From Cupriavidus necator (GTDB taxonomy: Bacteria; Pseudomonadota; Gammaproteobacteria; Burkholderiales; Burkholderiaceae), in assembly GCF_016127575.1 (NCBI RefSeq), contig NZ_CP066018.1:3090001-3122000 (forward strand): a stretch of 32,000 nucleotides of DNA, in the 5' to 3' direction. A program made the position numbers and the translations under genes. This document shows, in pieces, positions 1 to 6,609 of this stretch (positions are counted from its first letter, which is position 1; each line of letters begins with the position of its first letter). Below the pieces are notes generated by a model, which did not search any database, was not told the DNA's origin, and worked only from the letters and a program-made list of their open reading frames with translations.

Positions 1-144
1 GAAGAGGCGCTTACGTATGCAGAAGGGCTTGAGCTTGACGACATCGTGGATGTCTCGCGCGCGGAGATGGCCGAGATCATTAAGCACAACGACGATTCCC
101 GATCTGTTTCGGCTCGCTCGATCCCGGATGGCGGCGTGGTGTAA
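1..144 (+). CDS. 3' end of an unidentified ORF entering from the left edge
   Basis: Frame 1 is open from base 1 to TAA at 142-144. The tail reads EEALTYAEGLELDDIVDVSRAEMAEIIKHNDDSRSVSARSIPDGGVV. No family recognised. The antisense frame is also open, so the strand call is weak. Confidence 0.3.
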   Translation, partial: EEALTYAEGLELDDIVDVSRAEMAEIIKHNDDSRSVSARSIPDGGVV

Positions 145-349
145 GCCATGACGCCGGCGGTCTCCGGCACGCTTTAGATCACTGCTTCTTTCCGCCAGAT
201 CTCGGCCACAGTGGTCATCCCCTCCTTGCTCCGCCATGCAAAAATCATGCAAAAAAGCCGCGTACAAGGCGGGCTACGGAAAGTTTGCGCCGGTGGTGGT
301 CGGGTATGTCTCGGGGGTTGCTGCAGGCAAGGGGCGCCGTTGGCGGGCC

Positions 350-439
350 AAAAATTGAGGTGGCGCATGGGGCTCGCACGGGTTACAATTTTTCCCACGG
401 CACCCGTAGAAGCCGCATGAATGCTTGTGAAAAATTGAG
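350..439 (+). repeat. Pair of exact 10-bp direct repeats AAAAATTGAG (350-359 and 430-439), each followed within 5-8 nt by CATGG
   Basis: Read directly: ccAAAAATTGAGgtggcgCATGG and tgAAAAATTGAGcgttCATGG, 80 bp apart, in the A/T-richer non-coding stretch upstream of the tRNA-His remnant. Confidence 0.5.
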
Positions 440-502
440 CGTTCATGGGAAAAAAACGAGGCCGAAAGCGTTGATTCCAAAGGGGAAAATGGCGATTGAT
501 GC

Positions 503-552
503 CGGGATTGAGATTCCTGTCGTCGTGGGTTCGAGTCCCATCAGCCACCCCA
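503..552 (+). pseudogene. tRNA-His 3' remnant (anticodon arm to CCA), a putative att-site copy; not a complete tRNA
   Basis: CGGGA-TTGAGAT-TCCTG-TCGTC-GTGGG-TTCGAGT-CCCAT-CAGCCAC-C-CCA folds as anticodon arm, 5-nt variable loop, T arm, 3' acceptor strand, discriminator C and CCA. It closely resembles the 3' part of E. coli tRNA-His as I remember it (GATTCCAGTTGTCGTGGGTTCGAATCCCATTAGCCACCCCA). No D arm or complementary 5' acceptor strand (GTGGCTG) lies upstream. The anticodon position reads GAG rather than GTG, and the anticodon stem has a G:T pair. Confidence 0.6.
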
Positions 553-562
553 AAGCATTTCC

Positions 563-593
563 CAGAACGGCGCCTCGCGAGGGCGCCGTTCTG
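563..593 (+). terminator. GC-rich hairpin just downstream of the tRNA remnant (12-bp stem)
   Basis: CAGAACGGCGCC-tcgcgag-GGCGCCGTTCTG forms a perfect 12-bp stem. It is followed by only a weak T tract (CATTTCC). Confidence 0.45.
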
Positions 594-610
594 CATTTCC
601 CGGGGGCGGT

Positions 611-991
611 ATGTCTGTTCGAGCGGCAGCGGTTGGCGTAGCGATGGCAGCCATGGTGGCAGGGTGTGCCACCGGCACTTCTGAAAAGGACATTCGCGCG
701 CGTGCGCCGATGCGCTTGTTCACGCCCGCCAAGATGGGTGAGGTTGCGAAATGCCTGCGCAACAATCTGGGCGATGACGCCGCGGTCGTCAACTATCCGG
801 CGAAGAGCCAGACCGAGATCCGCATCGGCCAGACCACGTCTGGCGGTGAATACCAATACGCCTATCTGATTTCGCTGACGGCGAAGCCGGATGGTACGGC
901 GCTGGAGCTGCGCAAGAGCGATACGTGGTTCCCGCAGCTGACGCCGACGGAGCTGGAAGCCGAAGCCAAGGCGTGTGCGCCGCGTAGCTGA
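611..991 (+). CDS. Small putative lipoprotein of unknown function
   Basis: 126-aa ORF. The N-terminus MSVRAAAVGVAMAAMVAGC has a hydrophobic signal and a lipobox-like VAGC. Codon third positions are G/C-rich. A GGGGGCGGT purine-rich stretch precedes the ATG. Confidence 0.55.
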   Translation: MSVRAAAVGVAMAAMVAGCATGTSEKDIRARAPMRLFTPAKMGEVAKCLRNNLGDDAAVVNYPAKSQTEIRIGQTTSGGEYQYAYLISLTAKPDGTALELRKSDTWFPQLTPTELEAEAKACAPRS

Positions 992-1030
992 GGACGGCGC
1001 CCGCAGCTGCTCGGAGACAGCCGGCAGATT

Positions 1031-1201
1031 TCAGGCGGCCAGCTTTTCGGCGGTTTCGAGTTCAAGCATGCGGCAGATCGCCGCCATGCTGCCGACCATG
1101 GTGCGGCGCTGCGTACCCTGGTAGACGCGTACGCCCTTGCTCTGGCGGAACGGCACGGGCTTGACCGGGCGACGGGCGGCGACTTGGTGGATTTGCGGCA
1201 T
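1031..1201 (-). CDS. Small basic protein (56 aa) immediately downstream of lexA, function unknown
   Basis: Internal ATG of the 1031..1261 ORF, preceded by AAGAGG then 7 nt (reverse strand: gcctaaAAGAGGtgccaccATG). Product: MPQIHQVAARRPVKPVPFRQSKGVRVYQGTQRRTMVGSMAAICRMLELETAEKLAA. Third-codon positions are strongly G/C-biased. Same strand as lexA, 110 nt downstream, with no clear intrinsic terminator between them. Confidence 0.55.
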   Translation of the reverse strand: MPQIHQVAARRPVKPVPFRQSKGVRVYQGTQRRTMVGSMAAICRMLELETAEKLAA

Positions 1202-1311
1202 GGTGGCACCTCTTTTAGGCAAAGCGGGGTCAACACCCGGCAAGCCGGGCGGCGTCTGCAAAGCAATGGAAGCGGGTGGGCCCGCGCAGGCGGTTGGCCT
1301 GCGGTGCCCGG

Positions 1312-1965
1312 CTAGAAGCCGGAAGATCGGATCAGCCCGACGGCGATGCCTTCCAGCGAGAACTCCTCGCCAGGCTCCACGATGATGTTGGTGAAGTCCG
1401 GGTTTTCTGCGATCAGTTCGATATGGCCACCGCGCCGCTGCAGGCGCTTGACGGTCACGTCATCACCCAGGCGCGCCACCACGATCTTGCCGTTGGCGGC
1501 TTCGCTGGCGCGGCGCACGGCCAGCAGGTCGCCGTCGAGGATGCCGGCATCGCGCATGCTCAGGCCGCGCACTCGCAGCAGGTAATCGGGGCGTTCGTCG
1601 AAGACCGAGGCGTCGACCTGGTACTGGCGGTCGATATGCTCGGCGGCGAGTATCGGGCTGCCGGCAGCAACGCGGCCCACCAGCGGCAGCGTCAGCTGCA
1701 TCACGCCGGCCATCGGCAACGAAAACTGGTCGGGCATTTCCGAATCGCTGTGTGCCACCTTCAGGCGGATGCCGCGTGAAGCGCCCGGGGTCAGTTCGAT
1801 CACGCCCTTGCGTGCCAGCGCCCTCAGGTGTTCTTCCGCGGCATTGGGCGAGGAGAAGCCAAACTCTGCGGCGATTTCGGCGCGCGTGGGCGGAAAGCCG
1901 GTGCGGCGGATCGTGTTGCGGATCAGATCGAAAATCTGCTGCTGCCGGGGTGTCAGGGTCGCCAT
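1312..1965 (-). CDS. lexA: LexA repressor (SOS regulator, S24 autopeptidase)
   Basis: 217 aa. N-terminal winged-helix region [32 protein letters not shown]. Ala-Gly cleavage site in VAAGSP. Catalytic Ser in [10 protein letters not shown] and Lys in NGKIVVARL. Two SOS boxes lie upstream. Confidence 0.97.
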   Translation of the reverse strand: MATLTPRQQQIFDLIRNTIRRTGFPPTRAEIAAEFGFSSPNAAEEHLRALARKGVIELTPGASRGIRLKVAHSDSEMPDQFSLPMAGVMQLTLPLVGRVAAGSPILAAEHIDRQYQVDASVFDERPDYLLRVRGLSMRDAGILDGDLLAVRRASEAANGKIVVARLGDDVTVKRLQRRGGHIELIAENPDFTNIIVEPGEEFSLEGIAVGLIRSSGF

Positions 1966-2046
1966 GGGATCGCCGTTCCGTGCGGGGCCGCGGGGTTTCG
2001 GGTAAGAGGATCGGTCGATCCTTTATCCTGCATCCGTCTGACCGGG

Positions 2047-2066
2047 CACTGTATGTTTAAACAGTA
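2047..2066 (-). promoter_or_regulatory. LexA (SOS) box 1, CTGT-N8-ACAG type
   Basis: caCTGTatgtttaaACAGta, with the core at 2049-2064, 80-100 bp upstream of the lexA start codon. Confidence 0.85.
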
Positions 2067-2086
2067 TGCTGTGATTTTATACAGTA
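2067..2086 (-). promoter_or_regulatory. LexA (SOS) box 2, directly abutting box 1 and overlapping the predicted lexA -10
   Basis: tgCTGTgattttatACAGta, with the core at 2069-2084. On the lexA strand it reads tactgtaTAAAATcacagca, so it contains a TAAAAT -10 candidate. Confidence 0.85.
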
Positions 2087-2101
2087 TCGGCCTGAGCGCA
2101 A
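2074..2101 (-). promoter_or_regulatory. Candidate sigma-70 promoter of lexA
   Basis: The reverse strand reads TTGCGC (2101-2096), a 16-nt spacer, then TAAAAT (2079-2074). The -10 lies inside SOS box 2. Confidence 0.5.
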
Positions 2102-2220
2102 GCAGAATTTTTGGGGCGTGTCTCATGGACGGAATGCGGATCACCGGCGAGAGCCGCGGCGAGGCGGGGCGCGCCCGTTACAATCGGCATTCCTGCCTTT
2201 CCACTTTCTTTGCACGCTCC

Positions 2221-3213
2221 ATGACCCAATTGCCTCGCATCGTCGTACTGGCCACCGGCGGCACCATTGCTGGCGCGGCCGGAAACTCTGCCAGCAGCGC
2301 ACGCTACCAGGCGGCGACCGTGCCGGTGTCGTCGTTGCTGGCAGCGGTGCCCGCGCTGCAGTCGGCGGCTCGCATCGAGGCCGAGCAGGTGGCCCAGGTC
2401 GACAGCAAGGACATGACCTTCACGCTCTGGCAAACGCTGGCGGCGCGGGTTGAGCACTGGTCCGCGCAGCCCGACGTGGCTGGCATCGTGATCACCCACG
2501 GCACCGATACGCTGGAAGAAACTGCGATGGCGCTGCACCTGACGCAATCGTGTCCGGTGCCCGTGGTGATGACAGCGGCAATGCGGCCGTCGACGTCGCT
2601 GTCGGCCGATGGGCCGCTGAACCTGCTGGATGCGGTGCGCGTGGCCGCTCATCCCGATGCGCGCGGCAAGGGTGTGCTGGTGGTGCTGAACCAGCAGATC
2701 CACGCTGCGCGGGATGTGGCCAAGGCCCACACATCGGCGGTGGACGCCTTTGTCTCGGCCTGCGGGCCGCTGGGTTTCGTGCAGGACGACTACGTGCGCT
2801 TCGCCCGCGCGCCACGCGCGGCCTGGGTGATCGGGCCGATGCCGGCGGCGTGGCCGATGGTGGAGATCGTGGCGAGCTACGCGCAGCCGGGCAGGGTGGC
2901 AGTGGATGCGCTGGTCCGCGCGGGTATAGCCGGGCTGGTGGTGGCTGCCGCCGGCAATGGCTCGGTGCATGAGGTGCTGGCCGGGGCGCTGGCCGATGCC
3001 GCTGCCGCGGGGGTGGCCGTGGTGCGCAGTTCCCGCACCGGGGCCGGCCATGTGGCGATTCCGCCCCAGCTCAGCCCGACGGATGGAGCTTTTGTTTCCG
3101 CAACGGACCTCAATCCCTATAAGGCGCGCGTGCTGCTGGCCCTGGCGCTGGCAGCCGACTCAGGCCTGGCGCGGGATCCGGCAAGGCTGCAGGCCGTGTT
3201 TGCCAACGCCTGA
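2221..3213 (+). CDS. L-asparaginase (type II-like family, no signal peptide seen)
   Basis: Internal ATG of the 1828..3213 ORF. The product starts MTQLPRIVVLATGGTIAGAAG (TGGTIAG motif) and contains HGTDTLEET. About 330 aa. The upstream part of the long ORF crosses the lexA promoter and SOS boxes, so it is discounted. The RBS is weak. Confidence 0.85.
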   Translation: MTQLPRIVVLATGGTIAGAAGNSASSARYQAATVPVSSLLAAVPALQSAARIEAEQVAQVDSKDMTFTLWQTLAARVEHWSAQPDVAGIVITHGTDTLEETAMALHLTQSCPVPVVMTAAMRPSTSLSADGPLNLLDAVRVAAHPDARGKGVLVVLNQQIHAARDVAKAHTSAVDAFVSACGPLGFVQDDYVRFARAPRAAWVIGPMPAAWPMVEIVASYAQPGRVAVDALVRAGIAGLVVAAAGNGSVHEVLAGALADAAAAGVAVVRSSRTGAGHVAIPPQLSPTDGAFVSATDLNPYKARVLLALALAADSGLARDPARLQAVFANA

Positions 3214-3242
3214 TTTGCCTGTGTACTGATTTGCCTGTGTAA
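3211..3242 (+). repeat. Tandem 16-bp duplication TGATTTGCCTGTGTA(C/A) x2
   Basis: 3211-3226 is tgatttgcctgtgtac and 3227-3242 is tgatttgcctgtgtaa. The first copy contains the asparaginase TGA stop codon. Confidence 0.8.
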
Positions 3243-3250
3243 TCAGCGGC

Positions 3251-3280
3251 TTGCGCACTTGCCGCCATGCGCGCTATAAT
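3251..3280 (+). promoter_or_regulatory. Candidate sigma-70 promoter of the rpsF-priB-rpsR-rplI operon
   Basis: TTGCGC (3251-3256), an 18-nt spacer, then a perfect TATAAT (3275-3280), 68 nt upstream of the rpsF ATG. Confidence 0.5.
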
Positions 3281-3347
3281 GTAAGGCTATTCAACCTTGC
3301 CACACCGGACTCGTGACGCCCGGGTGGCTAATCCAAAAGGAGCGTCA

Positions 3348-3722
3348 ATGCGTCATTACGAAATCGTCTTCATCGTCCACCCGGACCAGAGCGAACAAGT
3401 GCCGGCCATGATCGAGCGCTACAAGCAGCTCGTGACCTCGCAGAACGGCAACGTTCACCGCGTGGAAGACTGGGGCCGTCGCCAGATGGCTTACATGATC
3501 CAGAAGCTGGCCAAGGCTCACTACGTTTGCCTGAACATCGAATGCGGCAAGGAAACGCTGGCTGAACTGGAACACGCGTTCAAGTTCAACGACGCCGTCC
3601 TGCGCCACCTGATCGTGCAGACCAAGAAGGCCGAGACCGCACCTTCGCCGATGATGAAGGAAGTGCAGCGCGAAGAAGCCCGCAAGGCCGCGCAAACGAC
3701 CACCGAAGGCCAGGCCGCCTGA
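3348..3722 (+). CDS. rpsF: 30S ribosomal protein S6
   Basis: [25 protein letters not shown] is a classic S6 N-terminus. AAAGGAG RBS 6 nt upstream. Followed by priB-rpsR-rplI. Confidence 0.97.
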   Translation: MRHYEIVFIVHPDQSEQVPAMIERYKQLVTSQNGNVHRVEDWGRRQMAYMIQKLAKAHYVCLNIECGKETLAELEHAFKFNDAVLRHLIVQTKKAETAPSPMMKEVQREEARKAAQTTTEGQAA

Positions 3723-3799
3723 GTGCGGACTGCGGTGCGCGCCATGGCTGACAGCGTCGGCTACGGCAGCATGGATTGCAACCAGCAAGAGGTCCCGCG

Positions 3800-4099
3800 T
3801 TGAACCAGCTTCGGCTTGCCGCCACCCTGGCGGAACGCGATGCCCTGCGCTATACCCCGGCCGGGGTTCCCGTCGTGAACTGCATCCTGCAGTACAGCGG
3901 CGAGGCCGTCGAGGCGCAAACGCCGCGGCAGGTCGAGTTTGCAATCTCAGCGATGGGGGTCGGACAGGTTGGCCAGCGTCTGGAGCGCTTACCGCTCGGC
4001 ACGCTGCTCGACTGCGAAGGATTCCTGGCCCGCAAGCACCGCAACAGCAAGGCTCTCGTCTTTCACATCACTGGATGTAAAGCATTCGAAAAGGATTGA
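3800..4099 (+). CDS. priB: Primosomal replication protein N (PriB)
   Basis: About 99 aa OB-fold-sized protein in the conserved slot between rpsF and rpsR. LNQLRLAATL..RYTPAGVPV resembles the E. coli PriB N-terminus pattern. The likely start is TTG at 3800, preceded by AAGAGG. An in-frame ATG at 3776 is the alternative. Confidence 0.8.
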   Translation: MNQLRLAATLAERDALRYTPAGVPVVNCILQYSGEAVEAQTPRQVEFAISAMGVGQVGQRLERLPLGTLLDCEGFLARKHRNSKALVFHITGCKAFEKD

Positions 4100-4102
4100 A
4101 TC

Positions 4103-4381
4103 ATGGCATTCGTCAAACGTGACAACAAGAACAAGAAGCGCTTCCAGCAACAGAACCCGCTGTTCAAGCGCAAGCGCTTCTGCCGCTTCACCGTGGCTGG
4201 CGTGGAACAGATCGACTACAAGGATCTGGACACCCTGAAGGACTTCATCGGCGACAACGGCAAGATCACGCCCGCCCGCCTGACCGGTACCAAGGCTCAC
4301 TATCAGCGTCAGCTGGATACGGCCATCAAGCGTGCGCGTTTCCTCGCGCTGATGCCGTACACCGACCTGCACAAGAACTGA
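4103..4381 (+). CDS. rpsR: 30S ribosomal protein S18
   Basis: 92 aa. Contains [29 protein letters not shown], typical of S18. Confidence 0.97.
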
Positions 4382-4413
4382 TCAGGCCATAGGTCCGTTA
4401 AGGAGAGAATACG

Positions 4414-4866
4414 ATGCAAATTATTCTGCTGGAAAAAGTCATCAACCTGGGCAACCTGGGTGACATCGTCAAGGTGAAGGACGGTTACGCCCGTAACTTC
4501 CTGATCCCGGGCAAGAAGGCCCGCCGTGCTACGCAAACCGCGATCGCCGAATTCGAAGTCAAGCGCGCCGAGCTGGAAAAGGCCGCTGCCGAGAAGCTGG
4601 CCGCCGCGCAAGCCGAAGGCGAGAAGCTGAGCGGCCTGAGCGTCCAGATCAGCCAGAAGTCGGGTGTGGACGGCCGCCTGTTCGGTTCCGTGACCAATGC
4701 CGACATCGCTGAAGCCCTGGCTGGCCAAGGCTTCAAGCTGGAAAAGGCCCAGGTTCGCATGCCGAACGGTCCGCTGAAGATGGTGGGCGACCACCCGGTC
4801 AGCGTTGCGCTGCACACGGACGTCGTGGTCGACGTGACCGTGTCGGTCGTGGGTGAGAGCGTCTAA
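4414..4866 (+). CDS. rplI: 50S ribosomal protein L9
   Basis: 150 aa. [36 protein letters not shown] is a typical L9 N-terminus. GGAGAG RBS upstream. Confidence 0.97.
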
Positions 4867-4920
4867 GGACGTGCCGCCTTGCCGGCGCGCTGCGCCGGCT
4901 GAAGCACCGCAAGCAAGAAA

Positions 4921-4949
4921 GGCAGGAGCCCCGGCTCCTGCCTTTTTTT
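4921..4949 (+). terminator. Rho-independent terminator of the rpsF operon
   Basis: GGCAGGAG-ccccgg-CTCCTGCC is followed by TTTTTTT. Confidence 0.85.
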
Positions 4950-5026
4950 GTTGCCCGCTTGTCTTTGCCTGCCCGGTCGCCAAATGTCCGGCGAAGTGCG
5001 TCCTCCCGCCGTTATAATGCCTCCCC

Positions 5027-6418
5027 ATGAACGCGCCCGTCGCCGACCCCCAACTCGAGAACCTCAAAGTCCCGCCGCATTCCATCGAAGCCGAGCAATC
5101 GGTGCTGGGTGGCCTGCTGCTGGACAACGCCGCCTGGGACCGCATTGCGGACTTCATTTCCGAGGCGGATTTCTATCGTTTTGACCACCGGATGATCTTC
5201 CAGAGCATCGCCCGGTTGATCTCGGCCACCAAGCCGGCCGACGTGATCACGGTCTATGAAATGCTGCAGGTCGCCGGCAAGGCCGAGGAGGTGGGCGGGC
5301 TGGCCTACCTGAATTCGCTGGCGCAGAACACGCCCAGCGCGGCCAATATCCGCCGCTACGCGGAGATCGTGCGTGAGCGCTCGGTGCTGCGCAAGCTGGT
5401 GACGGCGGCCGACGATATCGCCTCGGCCGCGTTCGCGCCCAAGGGCCGCGAGGTGCGCGAGCTGCTGGATGAGGCCGAGTCCAAGGTTTTTGCGATTGCC
5501 GAAGAAGGCTCGCGCGGCCAGAAGGGTTTCCAGGAAATCCAGCCGCTGCTGACCCAGGTGGTCGAGCGCATCGACGAGCTGTACCACCGCGATTCCACCA
5601 CCGACGTCACCGGCGTGCCGACCGGCTTCATCGACCTGGACAAGATGACCAGCGGCATGCAGCCGGGCGACCTGATCATCGTGGCCGGCCGCCCGTCGAT
5701 GGGCAAGACCGCGTTCTCGCTGAACATCGGCGAGCATGTGGCAGTGGAGCAGGGCCTGCCGGTGGCAGTGTTCTCGATGGAAATGGCGGGCACCCAGCTG
5801 GCCATGCGTATGCTCGGCTCGGTAGGCCGCCTCGACCAGCACCGGCTGCGCACTGGCCGCCTGCTGGATGAAGACTGGCCGCGGCTGACGCATGCGATCC
5901 AGCGCATGAACGACACCCAGCTGTTCATCGACGAAACTCCGGCGCTGAACCCGATGGAGCTGCGTGCCCGTTCGCGGCGCCTGGCGCGCCAGTGCGGGCA
6001 GCTTGGCCTGATCATCATCGATTACCTCCAGCTGATGTCAGGTTCGGGCGGCGGCGAGAACCGCGCCACGGAAATTTCAGAAATCTCCCGTTCGCTCAAG
6101 GGTCTGGCCAAGGAACTCAACTGTCCGGTGATTGCACTGTCGCAGCTGAACCGAAGCCTGGAACAGCGTCCCAACAAGCGTCCGGTGATGTCCGACCTGC
6201 GCGAATCCGGCGCTATCGAACAGGATGCCGACGTGATCCTGTTCATCTACCGCGACGAAGTCTATAACGCAGACTCCCAGGACAAGGGCACGGCCGAGAT
6301 CATTATCGGCAAGCAGCGTAACGGCCCGATCGGCACGGTGCGCCTGACCTTCCTGGGCCAGTTCACCAAGTTCGACAACTTCAGCGGCGGCCCGGCTTTC
6401 TTCGACAACGATACCTGA
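5027..6418 (+). CDS. dnaB: Replicative DNA helicase DnaB
   Basis: 463 aa. N-terminal KVPPHSIEAEQSVLGGLLLD. Walker A in AGRPSMGKTAF. The RecA-like C-terminal domain includes LIIIDYLQLM. No intein-sized insertion. Confidence 0.97.
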   Translation: MNAPVADPQLENLKVPPHSIEAEQSVLGGLLLDNAAWDRIADFISEADFYRFDHRMIFQSIARLISATKPADVITVYEMLQVAGKAEEVGGLAYLNSLAQNTPSAANIRRYAEIVRERSVLRKLVTAADDIASAAFAPKGREVRELLDEAESKVFAIAEEGSRGQKGFQEIQPLLTQVVERIDELYHRDSTTDVTGVPTGFIDLDKMTSGMQPGDLIIVAGRPSMGKTAFSLNIGEHVAVEQGLPVAVFSMEMAGTQLAMRMLGSVGRLDQHRLRTGRLLDEDWPRLTHAIQRMNDTQLFIDETPALNPMELRARSRRLARQCGQLGLIIIDYLQLMSGSGGGENRATEISEISRSLKGLAKELNCPVIALSQLNRSLEQRPNKRPVMSDLRESGAIEQDADVILFIYRDEVYNADSQDKGTAEIIIGKQRNGPIGTVRLTFLGQFTKFDNFSGGPAFFDNDT

Positions 6419-6516
6419 CGAAGTCAAGCCAGCCTGCAATCGTCCGTGCGGCGCCGTCTTGTTTGCGCCAAATTCGCGGGCAATGTCCCAGTAACCCTGT
6501 AAAATATTGCGCTTTG

Positions 6517-6543
6517 ATGACAGTCGCCACCCGCGACTGTCAT
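6517..6543. promoter_or_regulatory. Perfect 11-bp inverted repeat ATGACAGTCGC-caccc-GCGACTGTCAT upstream of the DUF47-pit pair
   Basis: Read directly, 67 nt upstream of the 6610 start codon. It could be an operator or a 5'-UTR hairpin. Confidence 0.35.
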
Positions 6544-6609
6544 GCAACGCGTCCGCTCAATCCTGCAACACAATCAGCAGCGTCACCACGCTGCCACAAG
6601 GAACATTCC

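Noticed and set aside
174-218. 14-codon mini-ORF (MTTVAEIWRKEAVI) on the minus strand behind a strong AAGGAGGGG Shine-Dalgarno-like sequence
   Set aside because: It is too short to evaluate, the SD-ATG spacing is very tight, and there is no supporting context. The 140-aa ORF that contains it (174..596) runs antisense through the tRNA remnant and translates to low-complexity junk.
170-552. Possible tmRNA (ssrA) gene, because of the tRNA-like T arm/acceptor/CCA end at 525-552 and a ~380-nt non-coding stretch before it
   Set aside because: There is no 5' sequence able to pair with the CAGCCAC acceptor strand. There is no tag reading frame ending in an ...ALAA-stop-like sequence. The discriminator is C, not A. 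The 3' part matches tRNA-His much better.
458-552. Complete long tRNA (for example tRNA-Sec or a class II tRNA) ending at the CCA
   Set aside because: The best 5' candidate, GAGGCCG, pairs at only 5 of 7 positions. There is no D arm, no TCA anticodon loop and no long variable arm. With a 5-nt variable loop, the GAG 'anticodon' is inconsistent with a genuine tRNA-Leu.
2007-2022. 16-bp near-palindrome AGGATCGGTCGATCCT in the lexA 5' untranslated region
   Set aside because: It cannot form an RNA hairpin because the loop is only 2 nt. No known motif was recognised, and a short GATC-containing palindrome like this is expected by chance. Noted only.
1828-2220. Long N-terminal extension of the asparaginase ORF (start at 1828)
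   Set aside because: The extension overlaps the lexA coding start, the lexA promoter and both SOS boxes. The asparaginase family N-terminus (…IVVLATGGTIAG) begins right after the ATG at 2221.
6490-6560. Classical PhoB Pho box upstream of the DUF47-pit pair
   Set aside because: Only single CTGTCAT units are present and they are in inverted orientation. No second direct-repeat unit lies at the 11-bp spacing on either strand (best second half matches 3 of 7).
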